Source: a virus
Strand: one strand, 5' to 3'
IMG/VR virus record: IMGVR_UViG_3300035703_000009
Span: 1 to 64,000 of that record
Length of the DNA stretch: 64,000 nt
Positions 62,265 through 64,000 of this stretch are shown piece by piece. A program made the position numbers and the translations under genes. Below the pieces are notes generated by a model. It had not been told where the DNA came from, made no database searches, and worked only from the letters and a program-made list of their open reading frames with translations. Every line of letters starts with the position of its first letter. Positions within the stretch are counted from its first letter, which is position 1.

Positions 62265-64000
62265 TATTCTTGAGGTATGTTTAAAATTCTTTCTTTACGA
62301 GGAGCAGAGTCAGCACCGAACCACACATTTAAGGAGTCGCGGTGAGCAATGTCGTTTTTGATCTGCACGATCTTGGGATCCTTAATGATCTCAGCATACT
62401 CAAAATCTTCGAGTGCAGCTAATCCTTTCTTATATTCTATGTTCCAACCTTTTGATTGGCTTTTTTGTGACCATTGGTCAAACTCCTGATTAGTATAAAA
62501 ATTGAGCACGTCCTTGCCTTTTTTTGCGACTACTAGCGGAGTCATCACCTTGTAGACTCTGCCTTGGTCGAAGAGCTCTGGCCAAAATCGGTTAAAGAAG
62601 TTGATGAGTAGAGCAGCGATCGAGTTTCCGTCTGGATCGGCATCAGTGTAGATGTAGATGCGGCCATATCGTAAGCCTCGAGGCTCTTCTCCAAGCTTTA
62701 GTCCTAATGATGCCATTAGCTGAACTGCCTCGTCGTTCTTGATGATCTCTGAGCTCTTCATTTCGCTAACGTTAAGGAACTTACCTTTGAGAGGAAAGGC
62801 TCCCTGGGTTTGAGTATCGCGAAACTTGCGCACTGCGGAAAGGGCTGAAAGTCCTTCATAGATTCCCAAGATGCAGGGACCACGGTCTCCTTTCTTTTGA
62901 GCGTCGATTAACTTTGGAATCTTCGTCTTATCTAACGTGCTGTTGAGCTTACGTAGCTCTGCACGTTCTTGGGCAAGTGCTTTCTTTTCTACCCAGTCAA
63001 GCACCGATTGAATAATCTCCGACTTAAATATCGCTTTAGCTAGCTTGTCGCTAACCTCGTGCGAGGTCTCGAACTCCTTGGGCTCGGTGATCAGCTTTTC
63101 TTTGGTTTGTGAGCTAAATGCGGAGTTGACTATCGTGCAGTCTATAAAGACCATCATGTGTTGGCGAATGTCGCTGGGTTTTACGTCAACTTTGTGCTTC
63201 TTTTTGATCATCTCACGCAGCTGTGCGATGAGCTGATTGGTGATGTACTCGACGTGAGTACCTCCGTCTTTAGTGTGGACAGAGTTCACAAAGCTTACGG
63301 TAGCGAACCCCTTTTCAGACTTAGCAAAGCCTATGTTCCAGTCCTTTGACTCTTCGTAATGGAAGTCGGTCGTGTAGAGCTTGATGTACTCTTCAAAGCT
63401 CTTAAACTTGATCGTGTGTTCCCAACTCTGACCATTGTCAGTCTTTGCAAACTTTAAGGTCAGCTTAGGGTTGCAGGCAACCACGTCCAAGCAGCGCTTA
63501 AAGATCATGAAATAAGTAGTCTCATCGATTGAGCTCATCTTAAAGCGCTCAAGGTCAGGTTGATACACGATTTGGGTAAATCCGCGCTTGGCTGGAGTGA
63601 TCACTGCTTTGCTGCGTTTGTGCATGTTATCAGTGAACTCCTGCTCAAACTTATTTTTTCCATCACAAGTAGCGATGAAGAAACTCTTACTGAAGATGTT
63701 GGTGAGAGTCGCACCCACGCCATTGGTTCCAGCAACAGTTCTCTTTTCAGAGTCATCGAAGTTTGAACCGGCCTTGAGATTGGAAAAGATCATTTCTGGA
63801 ATCCACTCTTTGTGCACTCGGTGTTTCTCGACTGGAATTCCACCATTATCCATCACTGAGATGGCGTTGGTGGTCATGTTGATTGCTACCTGGATCTCAT
63901 TGAGCTTTGGATTGCGACGATGTTCGTCGACCGAGTTAGAGATGATCTCATCGAAAAGCTTAATAAAGCCTGGATTGTAGGTCACCTCTTGCGACCAAAT
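62264..64000 (-). CDS. gp39: DNA topoisomerase II large subunit (T4 gp39-like, GyrB-like ATPase + TOPRIM), 5' end beyond window
   Basis: GFIKLFDEIISNSVDE (gp39 GLVKLIDEIIDNSVDE), the GTNGVGATL GHKL motif and the TOPRIM IYEGLSA...YTDADPDGNSIAALL. The frame stays open to the window edge. Confidence 0.8.
   Translation of the reverse strand: MWSQEVTYNPGFIKLFDEIISNSVDEHRRNPKLNEIQVAINMTTNAISVMDNGGIPVEKHRVHKEWIPEMIFSNLKAGSNFDDSEKRTVAGTNGVGATLTNIFSKSFFIATCDGKNKFEQEFTDNMHKRSKAVITPAKRGFTQIVYQPDLERFKMSSIDETTYFMIFKRCLDVVACNPKLTLKFAKTDNGQSWEHTIKFKSFEEYIKLYTTDFHYEESKDWNIGFAKSEKGFATVSFVNSVHTKDGGTHVEYITNQLIAQLREMIKKKHKVDVKPSDIRQHMMVFIDCTIVNSAFSSQTKEKLITEPKEFETSHEVSDKLAKAIFKSEIIQSVLDWVEKKALAQERAELRKLNSTLDKTKIPKLIDAQKKGDRGPCILGIYEGLSALSAVRKFRDTQTQGAFPLKGKFLNVSEMKSSEIIKNDEAVQLMASLGLKLGEEPRGLRYGRIYIYTDADPDGNSIAALLINFFNRFWPELFDQGRVYKVMTPLVVAKKGKDVLNFYTNQEFDQWSQKSQSKGWNIEYKKGLAALEDFEYAEIIKDPKIVQIKNDIAHRDSLNVWFGADSAPRKERILNIPQE

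Noticed and set aside
1-64000. Possibility that the window derives from a eukaryotic virus because of the GT29-like sialyltransferase
   Set aside because: T4-like gp23, gp20, gp21, gp4, gp5, UvsW, gp61, gp39/52 and PhoH homologues are present. Operon-style 4-nt overlaps, non-ATG starts (TTG/GTG) with Shine-Dalgarno-like AAGG sequences, and rho-independent terminators all indicate a bacteriophage.

Overview
This window is a 64 kb stretch of a T4-like (Straboviridae-like) myophage genome from an unknown host, roughly 40% GC with AT-rich intergenic regions. Several T4 core genes are recognisable from motif-level similarity. These are the topoisomerase II subunits gp39-like (runs off the 3' window edge) and gp52-like, the UvsW helicase, a gp61-like primase and the C-terminal part of a family-B DNA polymerase (gp43-like, from just before motif B). 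Also present are PhoH, a gp20-like portal, a gp4-like head completion protein, a gp5/gpV-like baseplate spike, a gp21-like prohead protease fused to a repeat-rich scaffold, and a gp23-like major capsid protein. Three regions stand out. First, a roughly 16 kb island at 35.7-51.8 kb, mostly antisense to the flanking structural modules, carries nonulosonic (sialic-like) acid biosynthesis genes and many glycosyltransferases and methyltransferases. It holds NeuB- and NeuA-like enzymes, a bona fide NadE, a UDP-sugar dehydrogenase and a GDP-fucose-synthase-like epimerase. Its glycosyltransferases belong to the GT2, GT11, GT25, Cst-II/Maf-like and GT29-like (eukaryotic-type sialylmotifs L/S/VS) families, alongside four or five FkbM/TylF methyltransferases, a HAD phosphatase and a cupin. 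Second, an RNA-repair-like cassette at 22.6-27.9 kb comprises a HAD 3'-phosphatase, a P-loop kinase (a split, permuted Pnkp), an RNA ligase fused to a HxGH nucleotidyltransferase-like domain, and a calcineurin-type phosphoesterase. Third, a 590 aa fibre-like gene carries about 30 tandem 45-nt (15 aa) Ser/Thr/Gly/Cys-rich repeats. A 14-mer, ATAAATAATAAAAA, occurs 8 times exactly, always 5-25 nt upstream of a start codon in the correct orientation. Together with several variants, it is a candidate T4-late-like promoter. Other accessory genes include a RelA/SpoT-HD small alarmone hydrolase, a hotdog thioesterase, an SPFH/band-7 protein and a J-domain protein placed just upstream of the head genes. 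No tRNA, rRNA or CRISPR array was found. All homology calls rest on motif recognition by eye, not database searches.
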